Assembly: GCA_963705175.1 (NCBI GenBank)
Contig: CAVPJE010000009.1
Span: forward strand, 63,045 to 127,044
Direction: 5' to 3'
DNA length: 64,000 nt
Origin: an uncultured beta proteobacterium
GTDB lineage: Bacteria; Pseudomonadota; Gammaproteobacteria; Burkholderiales; Casimicrobiaceae
Shown: positions 12,054 through 22,217 of the stretch, piece by piece
Position numbering within the stretch: the first letter of the stretch is position 1
How the letters are laid out: the number at the start of each line of letters is the position of its first letter
Position numbers and translations under genes: made by a program
The notes under the pieces: model-generated
What the model was told of the DNA's origin: nothing
Seen by the model: only the letters and a program-made list of their open reading frames with translations
Database searches by the model: none

Positions 12054-12056
12054 CCG

Positions 12057-13775
12057 ATGCACGACGGGCGGCCGCCGCGGAGTCCGATCGCGCGGTTCTT
12101 CCCGGGCCTTGCGCAGCTCGCCGATGGGCGCGACGCCGCGCCCGGCCGCGACATTGCCGCCGGCGCGGCGGTCGCGATCGTGATGATCCCGTCGGTGCTC
12201 GCCTACTCCGAGCTGCTCGGCGTCGCACCCGAGCTCGGACTGTACTCGGCGCTCGGCGCGATGGCCGGCTACGCGGTCTTCGCGAGCTCGCGCAAGTGCA
12301 TCGTCGGACCGGACACCACGGTGGCGCTGCTTGCCGCGAGCGCCATCGCACCGCTCGCGGCCGGCGACCCGGTGCGGGCCGCCGCGCTCGCCGCGGCGCT
12401 CGCGATGATGTCGGGCGCGCTGCTGGTGATCGCGTCGCGCTTCGACCTGGGCTCGGCCGCCGACCTTCTCTCCCGGCCCGTGCTCGTCGGCTATGCGAAC
12501 GGCGCCGCGCTGATCCTCGTCGCCTCGCAACTGTCGTCGCTGCTCGGTGTGCCGATCGCGGGCGATGGCTTCTTCCACAAGCTCGTCGACGCCGCAGCCG
12601 CGTTGCCGCACGCCCACGCGCCAACGCTCGCGCTGGGTCTCGGCCTGGTCGCGCTGCTGCTCGCGTTGCGAGCGCTCGCCCCGCGATGCGCCTGCGGCGC
12701 TCGTCGTCGTGATCGCCGCCGTCGCCGCCGCCCACGCATTCGGACTGGCCGAGCAAGGTCTCGCGATGCTGCGGCCGCTGCCGTCCGGGTTGCCGGCGCC
12801 GGCGCTTCCGCACGTCGCGATCGCGGACGTCCGTGCGCTCGTGCCCGGGGCGATCGCGCTCGCGTTCCTGATCTTCGCCGAGGGCGTCGTCCTCGCGCAG
12901 ACGCTCGCCGCGAAACGCCGCGAGCCGGTCGACGCGAACGCGGAGCTGACCGCGCTCGGCATCGCCAATTTGGCCTCCGGCGCCTTCGGCGGCTACAGCG
13001 TCGGCGCCAGCGGTTCCCGCTCGATCACCGCCGACGCCGCAGGCGGCCGTTCGCAGCTCGCGCAGTGGGTCGCACTCGCATTGCTGGTGGCGTTCATGCT
13101 GTGGCTCGCACCACTGATCGGGCGGCTGCCACGCGTGGCGCTGGCGGCGATCCTGATCGTCGCCGGCATCGGCATGCTCGACGTCGCCGCGACGCGCGTG
13201 GACTCGCGCGGCTCGACCGGCGCTCGCTGTGGCTGTCGCTTGCGGTCTCGGCCGGCGTGCTCGTGCTCGGGGTGCTGCCCGGCGTGCTGCTCGGCATCGC
13301 GCTTTCGATCGCCCGCGTGATGATCGAGACCGCCCGCCCGCGCGACGCGTTCCTGCGCCGCCGACCGAACGACAAGCACTTCCACGACCTCGACGAGGAC
13401 GAGGCGGGCGAGTCGCCGCCGGGCGTGCGCGTCTACCGGCTGTACGCGCCGCTCATCTTCGCCAACGCGCGCCACGTGGCCGAGCGGCTGCGCGACCTGG
13501 TCGAGCGGGCCGATCCCCCGCTGCGCTGCCTCGTGCTCGACATGCAGGCGGTGACGCACGTCGACGTCACCGCGGCCGAGGTGCTGGTCGCGCTGCACGA
13601 CGAGCTGCAGGGCTCCGGCATCGACGTCCGCTTCGCGCGCGCCAACCGGCCGCTGCGCGAGCAGCTGACGCGCTGGCTCGAGGGCCACGAGATCGCGCAC
13701 GAGCGCTTCTTCCCCTCCGCGCACGCGGCCGTCGACGACTTCCTTGCGGCGACGGGCGGGCAGCCGCGGGGCTGA
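12057..13775 (+). CDS. SulP family anion transporter with STAS domain; frameshifts near 12690 and 13200
   Basis: 'IPSVLAYSELLGV..GLYS', 'IVGPDT', STAS 'YRLYAPLIFANA...LDMQAVTHVDVT'. Confidence 0.88.
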   Translation: MHDGRPPRSPIARFFPGLAQLADGRDAAPGRDIAAGAAVAIVMIPSVLAYSELLGVAPELGLYSALGAMAGYAVFASSRKCIVGPDTTVALLAASAIAPLAAGDPVRAAALAAALAMMSGALLVIASRFDLGSAADLLSRPVLVGYANGAALILVASQLSSLLGVPIAGDGFFHKLVDAAAALPHAHAPTLALGLGLVALLLALRALAPRCACGARRRDRRRRRRPRIRTGRARSRDAAAAAVRVAGAGASARRDRGRPCARARGDRARVPDLRRGRRPRADARRETPRAGRRERGADRARHRQFGLRRLRRLQRRRQRFPLDHRRRRRRPFAARAVGRTRIAGGVHAVARTTDRAAATRGAGGDPDRRRHRHARRRRDARGLARLDRRSLWLSLAVSAGVLVLGVLPGVLLGIALSIARVMIETARPRDAFLRRRPNDKHFHDLDEDEAGESPPGVRVYRLYAPLIFANARHVAERLRDLVERADPPLRCLVLDMQAVTHVDVTAAEVLVALHDELQGSGIDVRFARANRPLREQLTRWLEGHEIAHERFFPSAHAAVDDFLAATGGQPRG

Positions 13776-13797
13776 TCGCGGTCGCGGCGGGTGTCCG

Positions 13798-16044
13798 CTA
13801 CGCCGCCTCGAGCTTCGCGTACTCCAGCGCGAGCCACTTCACGCCGGCGTCGCGGAAGTTGACCTGCACTCGCGCATCGCTGCCGCGTCCTTCGGCGTCG
13901 ACGATGACGCCCAGCCCGAACTTGGCGTGCCGCACGCTCTGGCCGACGCGCCAGGCCGGCGCCGGCGGCGTGGCTTGCGGATACGACGCCGGCGCCGCAG
14001 GGGCGCCCCACTCGCTCTGGTCGACGTCCACCGCGCGGCGGCGCGAAGGCGAGAGCCACTGCAGGAGGTCGCGCGGAATCTCGTCGACGAAACGGCTCTG
14101 GATGTTGTAGCGGGTCTGCCCGTGCAGCATCCGCGTCTGCGCAAGCGTCAGGTACAGGCGGCGCCGGGCGCGGGTGAGCGCGACGTACATGAGCCGCCGC
14201 TCCTCCTCCACGCCCGCGAACTCGGACAGGCTGTTCTCGTGCGGGAACAGCCCTTCCTCGAGCCCGGTGACGAACACGGTGTGGAACTCGAGGCCCTTCG
14301 CCGCGTGCACGGTCATGAGCTGCAGCGCCGGGCGGCCTTCCGCCGCCTGCGTCTCCCCCGCCTCGAGTGCCGCGTGCGCGAGAAACGCGGTCAGCGGGTC
14401 GGTCGCGCCCTCCTGCGGGCCGTCCTCGGGGGAGGGCGCGCCCGCCTCCACGCGCTCGCCGATCATCGGCGCGTCGGTGGCGATCGATGCCTCGCGCACG
14501 AAGCTCTCGGCGGCGTTGACGAGCTCCTGCAGGTTTTCCAGCCGGTCCTGCCCGTCCTTCTCCCGGCGATAGTGCTCGGCGAGGCCGGCGTGCTCGATCA
14601 CGTGGGCGACCGCCTCGGGGAGCGGCAGCGCGGCGGTCTCGTGCCGCAGCCGCTCGATCAGCTTGACGAACGCCGCGACGCCGCCGCCGGCCCGGCCGCC
14701 GACGACCCCGCTGCATGCGGCCTGCCACAGCGCGGTTCCGGCGCCGCGGGCGTGGTCCTGCAGCTGCTCGAGCGAGCGGGCGCCCACGCCCCGCGCCGGG
14801 AAGTTGATCACGCGCAGCAGCGCGCCGTCGTCGTCGGGCGCTGCGATCAGGCGCAGGTAGGCGAGCGCGTGCTTGACCTCGACGCGCTCGAAGAAGCGCA
14901 TCCCGCCGTAGACGCGGTAGGGGAGCCCCGCGCCGAACAGCGCGTGCTCCAGCACGCGCGATTGCGCGTTGCTGCGGTACAGGAGCGCGACCTCGGACAG
15001 CGGCACGCCTTCGTCGCCGAGGTTCCTCACGATGTCGACGACGAACGCGGCCTCGTCGAGGTCGGAGGGCGCGACGAAGGCGCGCAACGGCTCGCCCTTG
15101 CCCTCGCTCGTCCACAGGTTCTTGCCGAGCCGCGCCCGGTTGTGGCGGATCAGCGCGTTCGCGGCGTCGAGGATCGTGCCGTGCGAGCGGTAGTTCTGCT
15201 CGAGCTTGATGAGGCGCACCGGCGCGTCCGGGGCAGCGAAGTCGCGCTCGAAGTGCTGCATGTTGGCGACGTTGGCGCCGCGGAACGCGTAGATCGACTG
15301 GTCGTCGTCGCCGACGGCGAAGACCGCGGTGCGCTCGCCGGCGAGCGTGCGCAGCCACCGGTACTGCAGCACGTTGGTGTCCTGGAACTCGTCGACGAGC
15401 AGGTGCGAGAAGCGCCGCCGATAGTGCTCGCGGATCGGCTCGCTCCTCGTCAGGAGCTCGTAGCTGCGCAGCAGCAGCTCCGCGAAGTCGACGACGCCCT
15501 CCCGCTGGCACATCGCCTCGTAGAGCGCGTAGTGCTCGACCTGGGCGCGCGCGAACTCGTCGCCGGCCTCGACCGCGTTCGGGCGCAGCCCCGCCTCCTT
15601 GGCGTCGGCGATGAAGTACTGCAGCTGCCGCACCGGATAGCGCTCGTCGTCGATGCCGTGCGCGCGGTAGAGGCGCTTCAGGAGGGAGAGCTGGTCCTGC
15701 GTGTCGAGGATCTGGAACAGCTGCGGCAACTCCGCTTCCCGGTGGTGCGCGCGCAGCATGCGGTTGCAGAGCCCGTGGAACGTGCCGATCCACATGCCGC
15801 GCGTGTTGACCGGCGTCAGCGCGGAGAGGCGCGTCATCATCTCGCGCGCCGCCTTGTTGGTGAACGTCACCGCGAGCACCGACAGCGGGCTCGCCTGGCC
15901 CGTCGCCAGCAGCCACGCGATGCGCGTGGTGAGCACGCGCGTCTTGCCGCTGCCCGCGCCGGCGAGGATCAGCGCCGAGGCGTGCGGCAGCGTGACCGCG
16001 GCGAGTTGCTCGGGGTTGAGATCGGCGAGGAGCGATGAGGGCAT
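13798..16044 (-). CDS. uvrD: DNA helicase II
   Basis: AGAGSGKT, DEFQDTN, VGDDDQSIY, LEQNYRS, HAAKGLEF, EEERRLMYVALTRA, C-terminal Tudor-like tail. Confidence 0.96.
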   Translation of the reverse strand: MPSSLLADLNPEQLAAVTLPHASALILAGAGSGKTRVLTTRIAWLLATGQASPLSVLAVTFTNKAAREMMTRLSALTPVNTRGMWIGTFHGLCNRMLRAHHREAELPQLFQILDTQDQLSLLKRLYRAHGIDDERYPVRQLQYFIADAKEAGLRPNAVEAGDEFARAQVEHYALYEAMCQREGVVDFAELLLRSYELLTRSEPIREHYRRRFSHLLVDEFQDTNVLQYRWLRTLAGERTAVFAVGDDDQSIYAFRGANVANMQHFERDFAAPDAPVRLIKLEQNYRSHGTILDAANALIRHNRARLGKNLWTSEGKGEPLRAFVAPSDLDEAAFVVDIVRNLGDEGVPLSEVALLYRSNAQSRVLEHALFGAGLPYRVYGGMRFFERVEVKHALAYLRLIAAPDDDGALLRVINFPARGVGARSLEQLQDHARGAGTALWQAACSGVVGGRAGGGVAAFVKLIERLRHETAALPLPEAVAHVIEHAGLAEHYRREKDGQDRLENLQELVNAAESFVREASIATDAPMIGERVEAGAPSPEDGPQEGATDPLTAFLAHAALEAGETQAAEGRPALQLMTVHAAKGLEFHTVFVTGLEEGLFPHENSLSEFAGVEEERRLMYVALTRARRRLYLTLAQTRMLHGQTRYNIQSRFVDEIPRDLLQWLSPSRRRAVDVDQSEWGAPAAPASYPQATPPAPAWRVGQSVRHAKFGLGVIVDAEGRGSDARVQVNFRDAGVKWLALEYAKLEAA

Positions 16045-16168
16045 GCGGCGACGGCGTTCCCCCGGCGGCACCGGCGCGCGCGACGAAGTGCGCAGCGCGT
16101 GCGGGGCCACGGATTATACGGCGCGCGCCCGCGTCGACCTGCGGCGGCGATCTCGCGCGGCCGGCGCA

Positions 16169-16204
16169 ACGCGAACGGCCCGGGCAAGCCCGGGCCGTTC
16201 GCGT
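16169..16204 (-). terminator. Perfect hairpin after PA-domain peptidase
   Basis: ACGCGAACGGCCCGGGC-aa-GCCCGGGCCGTTCGCGT. Confidence 0.7.
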
Positions 16205-16219
16205 GAGAACAATGCGAGA

Positions 16220-17659
16220 CTACCAGCCGATGTCCTGCAGCAGCCGGAACGTCAGGTCCTGCGGCGGGACCACGCTGTGCGAGAGGTCGGGGTTGATCGA
16301 CGGCTCCATCAGCAGGTTGGGGATCGCGCTCGTGTCCCAGTGCGACACCGACGAGCCCTGCTGGAACGGATTCGGCGTGAACAGCAGCAGGCGCCCGAGC
16401 GGGTCCGCACCGGCCAGCTGGGCCGTGTTGAGGTTCAGCGTGCCGATCACGCCCGAGCGCGTGCGCGAGCGGAACTGCAGCGCCGCCTTGATCAGGTTGC
16501 CGTCGTCCAGCGTCACCCGCACCGACGGGATCGTGACCGTCGGATCGGTTCCGCCCAGACCCGTCGGCGGGCCGCCGGCAACGCTTTCGACGACGATCAC
16601 CGCCTTCGCCCCGGCATCCTGGGCGTTCTTGACCTTGACGGTGAATCCGCAGACGCCCCGGTCGACCAGCGCGATGTTGCCCGCGACGGCCAGTGCGTTC
16701 AATGGGTCGAGCGGATTGCAGGCGAGGCCCGTGCCGTTCACCTGATCGACCACCGGCATGATGTCCCCGGTGACGCCGGCCGACGTCAGCACCGGTCCGA
16801 ACGACGCCGCGCCGACGTCGTACGTGCCGGCCGCCGCATTGGCCCCGCCGACCACCAGACGCGGGGTTCCGGCGAGCAGCACCGACGGCGCCGAGGATGT
16901 GGTGTTCGCGCCGGTCCAGACCAGCTTGCGCGGCTTGCGCGCCGAACTCGCCCGCTGCAGGTCGTCCATCTGCAGCCAGGTGAGGCCGGTCGTGGTGTCG
17001 AGCACGTTCCCTTCCCACACCGTGGGAAAGAACGGCGGGCCGATGCGCGCGCCCGTGTTGCCGCTCGTCACGGCGGAGAAGCCCAGTCCGTGGCCGAATT
17101 CGTGCAGCAGGACGGCGACGAGATCCGGCTGCCCGGCTGGCGCGTTGTTGTCGAGGCCGAGGTAGAAGAACGATCCCGTGAAGCACCCGGGCTGGCCGAG
17201 GTTGACGTTGAACTGGGCGATGATGTCGATTTCGCCCGGATCGATGTCCACGCCCGAGATCTTGTCGGCGAGCGCGCCGTGGTACCACGTGTTGGCCGCT
17301 GGCGCCCCCGGGAAGTTCGCGAACACCGACCACGTGCCGGCCGCGCCCAGCACCGCGGACGTCGCGGTGCAGGGCAACGGGTCGAAGACGGCGTACACGA
17401 CAATCGGCGTCGTGCTGGTGAGGGTCGCCCCCCAGAGGTTCGCCGCGTACTGGAATGCGTTGAGCCGTTGCGCGCCGAGCGTGGTCCCGGGGTTGCCGCC
17501 CACCGGCGCGACCGGCGTCGGATCGTTGAAGCCCTCGCCGGGGCCGTCGCCGTTGACGATGACGATGGTCGCGGCGGCGAGCGCGAGCGACGATGCGCCG
17601 AGCAGGAGCGCGGTCGCGGCGACCGTCGCCGCGCGGCGGAATGCGGTGCCGGGGCTCAT
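16220..17659 (-). CDS. Secreted PA-domain zinc metallopeptidase
   Basis: Signal peptide; HEFGHGLGF; PA domain 'IALVDRGVCGFTVKVKNAQDAGA'; distal SSVSHWD...LMEP. Confidence 0.85.
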   Translation of the reverse strand: MSPGTAFRRAATVAATALLLGASSLALAAATIVIVNGDGPGEGFNDPTPVAPVGGNPGTTLGAQRLNAFQYAANLWGATLTSTTPIVVYAVFDPLPCTATSAVLGAAGTWSVFANFPGAPAANTWYHGALADKISGVDIDPGEIDIIAQFNVNLGQPGCFTGSFFYLGLDNNAPAGQPDLVAVLLHEFGHGLGFSAVTSGNTGARIGPPFFPTVWEGNVLDTTTGLTWLQMDDLQRASSARKPRKLVWTGANTTSSAPSVLLAGTPRLVVGGANAAAGTYDVGAASFGPVLTSAGVTGDIMPVVDQVNGTGLACNPLDPLNALAVAGNIALVDRGVCGFTVKVKNAQDAGAKAVIVVESVAGGPPTGLGGTDPTVTIPSVRVTLDDGNLIKAALQFRSRTRSGVIGTLNLNTAQLAGADPLGRLLLFTPNPFQQGSSVSHWDTSAIPNLLMEPSINPDLSHSVVPPQDLTFRLLQDIGW

Positions 17660-18765
17660 TGCGTATCCCCTCTCGACGCGGCCGACGACGCGACCGACGA
17701 CGCGACCAGCGCGAGCGCAAGGTCCTCGCCCTGCACGCAGGCTCGGGAGACGGCGCCCGTGGTGTCGCGACGGGCGACCGAATAGTTGAGGGACTGGCGA
17801 CCGAGGCGCATCTCGATCGTGCCGTTGGCGTGGCGCGTGACGGACAGCGCCTTGCGTGGCGGCTTCTTCATCTCCGCGGGCAGCGCGTCGCTGAGCGCGC
17901 TCGCTTCCTCGATCGAGGGGGCGACGAACTCCCCGGTCTCCACGTCCTTGTAGGCGCGGAAGCCCTCCGCCGAGACCTGCTCAGGGAGCGCGTGAGCATT
18001 CGGCGCGCCCATCACCCGCACGTTGGGAAACGTCATGATGCCGTTGGGACCGCTGGCGGCGCCCTGCGCGCCCGCCGCGCCCGCGGCGACCAGGCCGACC
18101 GTGGCCAGTGCCGCCACGCGACCGCGACGACGCAGCAGCAGCGCGCCGAACAGGCCCGCCGCGATCAGCGCGAGCGAGCCGGGCTCCGGAACCGCGACGA
18201 ACACGCGTACCGTGTCGACGCCGATGTAGTTCGCCAACGCGCGCGGTCCGACCGTGTACTCGAAGGCGATGCGGCCGGTACCGGTCGCGGCGAGCTGGGC
18301 CACGAACTGGGTCCAGTCCTGCGGGAAGCCGGCGGCCGCGTTCGCGGTGTTGATGCCGAGGATTTCCGAGAAGTCCGCGGGCGCGCCACACGCGCCTGAC
18401 GTGCACGCGAGCACCCGCAGCCCATCGCCGAAGACCTGCAGCGGGTCGGCCTCGGTGCGCGTGAAGAACGTGAGCACCTGCGACGCGAACTCGATCTCCG
18501 GGCTGATGAGCCAGGTGCTGATCGTCCCACCCTGCGGCGCGGTGTTGAGATAGTTGGCGGCCGCGTAGCTGCTGGCAGGACCGGACTGCGCGCCGAAGAC
18601 GCCGGCATTGCCCTGGAACCAGCCCGTCGACCCCACGGGCGAACTGTTGTTGACGATCGACCACCCGCTCGTGGCGAGGTTGTCGAAGTCCTGCTGCAAG
18701 TTGATCGGCGCGGCGACCGCATTCGCGCCGAGGGCCACCAGGCCCGCTGCCAGCCAGCGTTTCAT
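17656..18765 (-). CDS. Exported beta-rich domain + internal PEP-CTERM + second signal peptide + ~136-aa C-terminal domain
   Basis: MKRWLAAGLVALGANAVA signal; 'ISTWLISPEI' cleaved-adhesin/choice-of-anchor-J-like; VPEP at 18192-18181, TM, RRRGR, second hydrophobic stretch ending AGA-Q; strong SD GGAGG. Confidence 0.85.
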   Translation of the reverse strand: MKRWLAAGLVALGANAVAAPINLQQDFDNLATSGWSIVNNSSPVGSTGWFQGNAGVFGAQSGPASSYAAANYLNTAPQGGTISTWLISPEIEFASQVLTFFTRTEADPLQVFGDGLRVLACTSGACGAPADFSEILGINTANAAAGFPQDWTQFVAQLAATGTGRIAFEYTVGPRALANYIGVDTVRVFVAVPEPGSLALIAAGLFGALLLRRRGRVAALATVGLVAAGAAGAQGAASGPNGIMTFPNVRVMGAPNAHALPEQVSAEGFRAYKDVETGEFVAPSIEEASALSDALPAEMKKPPRKALSVTRHANGTIEMRLGRQSLNYSVARRDTTGAVSRACVQGEDLALALVASSVASSAASRGDTQ

Positions 18766-18817
18766 CCTCCCCCCCTCGTGTCCCGTCGCCGCAGAAGGCG
18801 ACGATCGGCTTTCCGGT

Positions 18818-18833
18818 AGCGAAATGTGCGCCA
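18818..18833 (-). promoter_or_regulatory. sigma54 -24/-12 promoter candidate for PEP-CTERM island
   Basis: TGGCGCACATTTCGCT, GG-N10-GC. Confidence 0.65.
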
Positions 18834-18899
18834 CGACACGTAACCGATTGGATATGCGCATATGTACACGATTCATGCGCGTGATCCGGATGCTCGTCC

Positions 18900-18915
18900 G
18901 TAAAGAATCCCGACG
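18900..18915. promoter_or_regulatory. Putative enhancer (PEP-CTERM-box-like)
   Basis: GTAAAGAATCCCGACG, 67 bp from the sigma54 site; near-copy at 51507. Confidence 0.6.
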
Positions 18916-18980
18916 GCCGCGGAGCCGGCGCTATAATCCGCGCGCCCCAATCTGCTGCGGCTGCACACAGCCGCCCCGCC

Positions 18981-20333
18981 ATGGCGCCCAAGCCCGAAGC
19001 CCAGCCGCCCGCGAACTCGGCGACGATGCGCACGTTCGTGCACTGGATCCGCGCCGCGGCGCCCTACGTGCACGCGTTCCGCGGCAAGACCTTCGTGATC
19101 GCCTTCGGCGGCGAGGTCGTCGCCGACGAGTCGTTCCTCGGCGTCGTGCACGACCTCAACCTGCTGCACAGCCTCGGCATCCACCTCGTCGTCGTGCACG
19201 GCTGCCGGCCGCAGGTCGAGGCGATCCTCGCCCAGCAGGGCTTCGAGAGCACCTACGCGCACGGTGTCCGGGTGACCGACGCCGACGCGATGGACTGCGT
19301 CCTCGAGGCCGCCGGCCAGGTGCGGGCGCGCATCGAGGCGCTGCTCTCGCTCGGGCTCGCCAACTCGCCGATGGCGGGTGCGCGCAATCGCGTGTCGTCG
19401 GGCAACTACATCACCGCGAAGCCGCTCGGCATCGTCGACGGCACGGACATGCAGCACACCGGCGAAGTGCGCCGGGTCGACAGCGAGGCGATCCAGCAGC
19501 GGCTGGAGGACGGCGACATCGTGCTGATCTCGCCGATCGGCTACTCGCCCACCGGCGAGATCTTCAATCTCACGGTCGAGGAGGTGGCCACGCAGGTCGC
19601 GGTCCGCGTCGCGGCGACGAAGCTCGTCTACCTGATCGACGCCGACGGCGTGCGCAACGGCCGGCGCCAGCTCCTGACCGAGCTCTCGACGCGGGACGCC
19701 GAGGCGCTGCTCGCCGGCAAGCGCGAGCGCCTGCACCCGGACGTGCGGGTCTATCTCCCGGCCGCGGTGCGCGCCTGCGACAACGGCGTGAAGCGTGCCC
19801 ACCTGATCTCGCGCCACCTGGACGGCGCGCTGCTGCTCGAGCTCTTCACCCGCGACGGCGTGGGCACGATGGTCGCGTCCACCGCGCTCGCGCACCTGCG
19901 CAGCGCGACGATCGACGACGTCGGCGGCATCCTCGCGATCATCGCGCCGCTCGAGGAGGAGGGCGTGCTGGTGCGGCGCTCGCGCGAGCGCCTCGAGGCC
20001 GAGATCGAGCGCTTCGTCGTCGCCGAGTACGACAACCACATCGTCGGCTGCGCGGCCCTCTACGCCTTCCCCGACGAGAAGGTGGGCGAGCTCGCCGCGC
20101 TCGCCGTGAACCCGGATTTCCGCCGCGAGGGCTACGGCGAGGCGCTGATGCGCGAGGTCGAGCTCCGCGCGCGCAAGCTGAAGCTCGGCAAGCTGTTCGT
20201 GCTCACCACCCGCACCGCGCACTGGTTCCAGGAGCGGGGATTCCGGCCCGGATCGCTCGCCGACCTGCCGCAGCAGAAGCAGGCGCTCTACAATTGGCAG
20301 CGCAAGTCGCAGGTGTACGTGAAGTCCCTCTGA
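18981..20333 (+). CDS. argA: Amino-acid N-acetyltransferase (N-acetylglutamate synthase)
   Basis: [25 protein letters not shown]-terminal GNAT 'LTTRTAHWF...YNWQRKS'; TATAAT at 18932. Confidence 0.96.
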   Translation: MAPKPEAQPPANSATMRTFVHWIRAAAPYVHAFRGKTFVIAFGGEVVADESFLGVVHDLNLLHSLGIHLVVVHGCRPQVEAILAQQGFESTYAHGVRVTDADAMDCVLEAAGQVRARIEALLSLGLANSPMAGARNRVSSGNYITAKPLGIVDGTDMQHTGEVRRVDSEAIQQRLEDGDIVLISPIGYSPTGEIFNLTVEEVATQVAVRVAATKLVYLIDADGVRNGRRQLLTELSTRDAEALLAGKRERLHPDVRVYLPAAVRACDNGVKRAHLISRHLDGALLLELFTRDGVGTMVASTALAHLRSATIDDVGGILAIIAPLEEEGVLVRRSRERLEAEIERFVVAEYDNHIVGCAALYAFPDEKVGELAALAVNPDFRREGYGEALMREVELRARKLKLGKLFVLTTRTAHWFQERGFRPGSLADLPQQKQALYNWQRKSQVYVKSL

Positions 20334-20345
20334 TAGCGACCGCTG

Positions 20346-20376
20346 CTACCCGACCTCTGATACCCGACCCCTGAAC
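20346..20376 (+). repeat. Degenerate heptamer array before yggX start
   Basis: CTACCCG ACCTCTG ATACCCG ACCCCTG AAC-ATG. Confidence 0.55.
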
Positions 20377-20646
20377 ATGGCCCGCACCGTCAACTGCGTC
20401 AAGCTCGGCCGCGAGGCCGAGGGACTCGACTTCCCGCCCTACCCCGGCGCGCTCGGCAAGCGCATCTACGAGAACGTCTCCAAGGAGGCGTGGCAGCAGT
20501 GGCTGCGGCACCAGACGATGCTCGTCAACGAGAACCGCCTCACGCTCGCCGACGCGCGCGCGCGGCAGTGGCTCGCCGAGCAGATGGAGAAGCACTTCTT
20601 CGGCGGCGGCGCCGAGGTGCCCTCCGGCTACGTGCCGCCCGAAGGA
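20377..20646 (+). CDS. yggX: Fe(II)-trafficking oxidative damage protection protein; no stop at expected end, ORF reads on to 20868
   Basis: [24 protein letters not shown]...[10 protein letters not shown]...GYVPP. Confidence 0.9.
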
Positions 20647-20699
20647 CACGCTCGCTGCAGCGATACCTCGGGGCGGCCCTGGACTGCGAGCGACGACCC

Positions 20700-21281
20700 C
20701 GCCCGATCTCGCGCTACCCGGTCCCCCGGCTCGAGGACCTGCCGCAGGACGTCCGCGCGCGCATCGTCGAGGTGCAGGAGAAGGCCGGCTTCGTGCCCAA
20801 CGTGTTCCTCACGCTCGCGCATCGGCCCGACGAGTTCCGCGCGTTCTTCGCCTACCACGACGCGCTGATGCTGAAGCAGGGCGGCCTCTCCAAGGCGGAG
20901 CGGGAGATGATCGTCGTCGCCACCTCGGGCGCGAACGACTGCGTGTACTGCATCGTCGCCCACGGCGCGATCCTGCGCGTGTACGCGAAGCACCCGCACG
21001 TCGCCGACCAGGTCGCCGCGAACTACCGCAAGGCGGACATCACGCCGCGGCAGAAGGCGATGCTCGCCTTCGCGCTCAAGGTCGCGCAGCGCTCGAGCGA
21101 GATCGTCGACGAGGATTTCGACGCGCTGCGTGCCCACGGCTTCGGCGACGAGGACATCTGGGACATCGGCGCGATCGCCGCCTTCTTCGCGCTGTCGAAC
21201 CGCATGGCCAACCTGATCAGCATGCGGCCCAACGACGAGTTCTTCCTGCTCGGGCGGCTGCCGCGCAGCAAGCCGGCCTGA
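20700..21281 (+). CDS. Peroxidase-related AhpD/CMD-family protein; start codon not resolved
   Basis: ISRYPVP...GFVPNVF...[23 protein letters not shown]. Confidence 0.88.
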   Translation, partial: RPISRYPVPRLEDLPQDVRARIVEVQEKAGFVPNVFLTLAHRPDEFRAFFAYHDALMLKQGGLSKAEREMIVVATSGANDCVYCIVAHGAILRVYAKHPHVADQVAANYRKADITPRQKAMLAFALKVAQRSSEIVDEDFDALRAHGFGDEDIWDIGAIAAFFALSNRMANLISMRPNDEFFLLGRLPRSKPA

Positions 21282-21344
21282 GGGCGCGACGCAACACGGG
21301 CAGCCCGCAGGCTGCCCGTCGTCGTGCGAGGTCCCGCGCGGAAC

Positions 21345-22217
21345 TCAGAGGTACTGCTTGAACCAGTCGGTGGCCCGCTTCCAGCCGTCCTCCGCCTTGT
21401 CCTTGCGGTAGCTCGGGCGGTAGTCGGCGTGGAACGCGTGCGGCGTTCCCGGGTAGATCACGACTTCGGTGCGCGCGTTGCCCGCGGCCTTGAGCGCGGC
21501 GAACATCTTCTCGACGGTGTCGTTGGGGATGCCCGGATCGTCGCCGCCGTAGAGGCCCAGCACCGCCGCCTTGATCTGCGGGGCGACGTCGAGCGGGGTC
21601 TTGTCGCCCGGGTGGTAGTTGCGCGCGACCGGTCCGTACCACGGCACCGCGGCCTTCACGCCCGCGTTGTGCGCGGCGTACATGAGCGTCGTGCGCCCGC
21701 CCCAGCAGAAGCCGGTGATGCCGAGCCTCGCGGTGTCGGCCTTGCCGCTCGACTTCGCGTAGGCGACGGTGGCGTCGAGGTCGGCCATCACGTCGGCGTC
21801 GGGCGTCTTGGCGACGATATCGCGGATCAGCGCCTGCGTGTCGGTGACCTTGCCCGCGTCGCCCTGGCGCGCGAAGAGCTCCGGCGCGATCGCGAAGTAG
21901 CCGAGCTTGGCGAAGCGGCGGACGACGTCCTTGATGTGCTCGTGCACACCGAAGATCTCGGAGGTCACGAGGATCGTCGGGAAGGGACCGCCGGTCGCCG
22001 GCATCGCACGGTAGGCGACCATGTCGCCACCCTTCGTGGGCACCTTGACCTCGCCGGCGACGAGGCCGTCGGCAGGGGTGGTGATCGTTTGCGCGGACAC
22101 GGGCAGCACGGCGGCCGCGAAGCCGGCGCCAAGGCTCGTCACGACGAACGTCCGGCGGTCGACCGGACGGGGATCCCCGAGCAGGCTGCGCAGCTCGGGC
22201 TTGACGACGTCATTCAT
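21345..22217 (-). CDS. Dienelactone hydrolase family protein with Tat-like signal
   Basis: DRRTFV, EIFG, GFCWGG, HAFHADYRPSY. Confidence 0.92.
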   Translation of the reverse strand: MNDVVKPELRSLLGDPRPVDRRTFVVTSLGAGFAAAVLPVSAQTITTPADGLVAGEVKVPTKGGDMVAYRAMPATGGPFPTILVTSEIFGVHEHIKDVVRRFAKLGYFAIAPELFARQGDAGKVTDTQALIRDIVAKTPDADVMADLDATVAYAKSSGKADTARLGITGFCWGGRTTLMYAAHNAGVKAAVPWYGPVARNYHPGDKTPLDVAPQIKAAVLGLYGGDDPGIPNDTVEKMFAALKAAGNARTEVVIYPGTPHAFHADYRPSYRKDKAEDGWKRATDWFKQYL

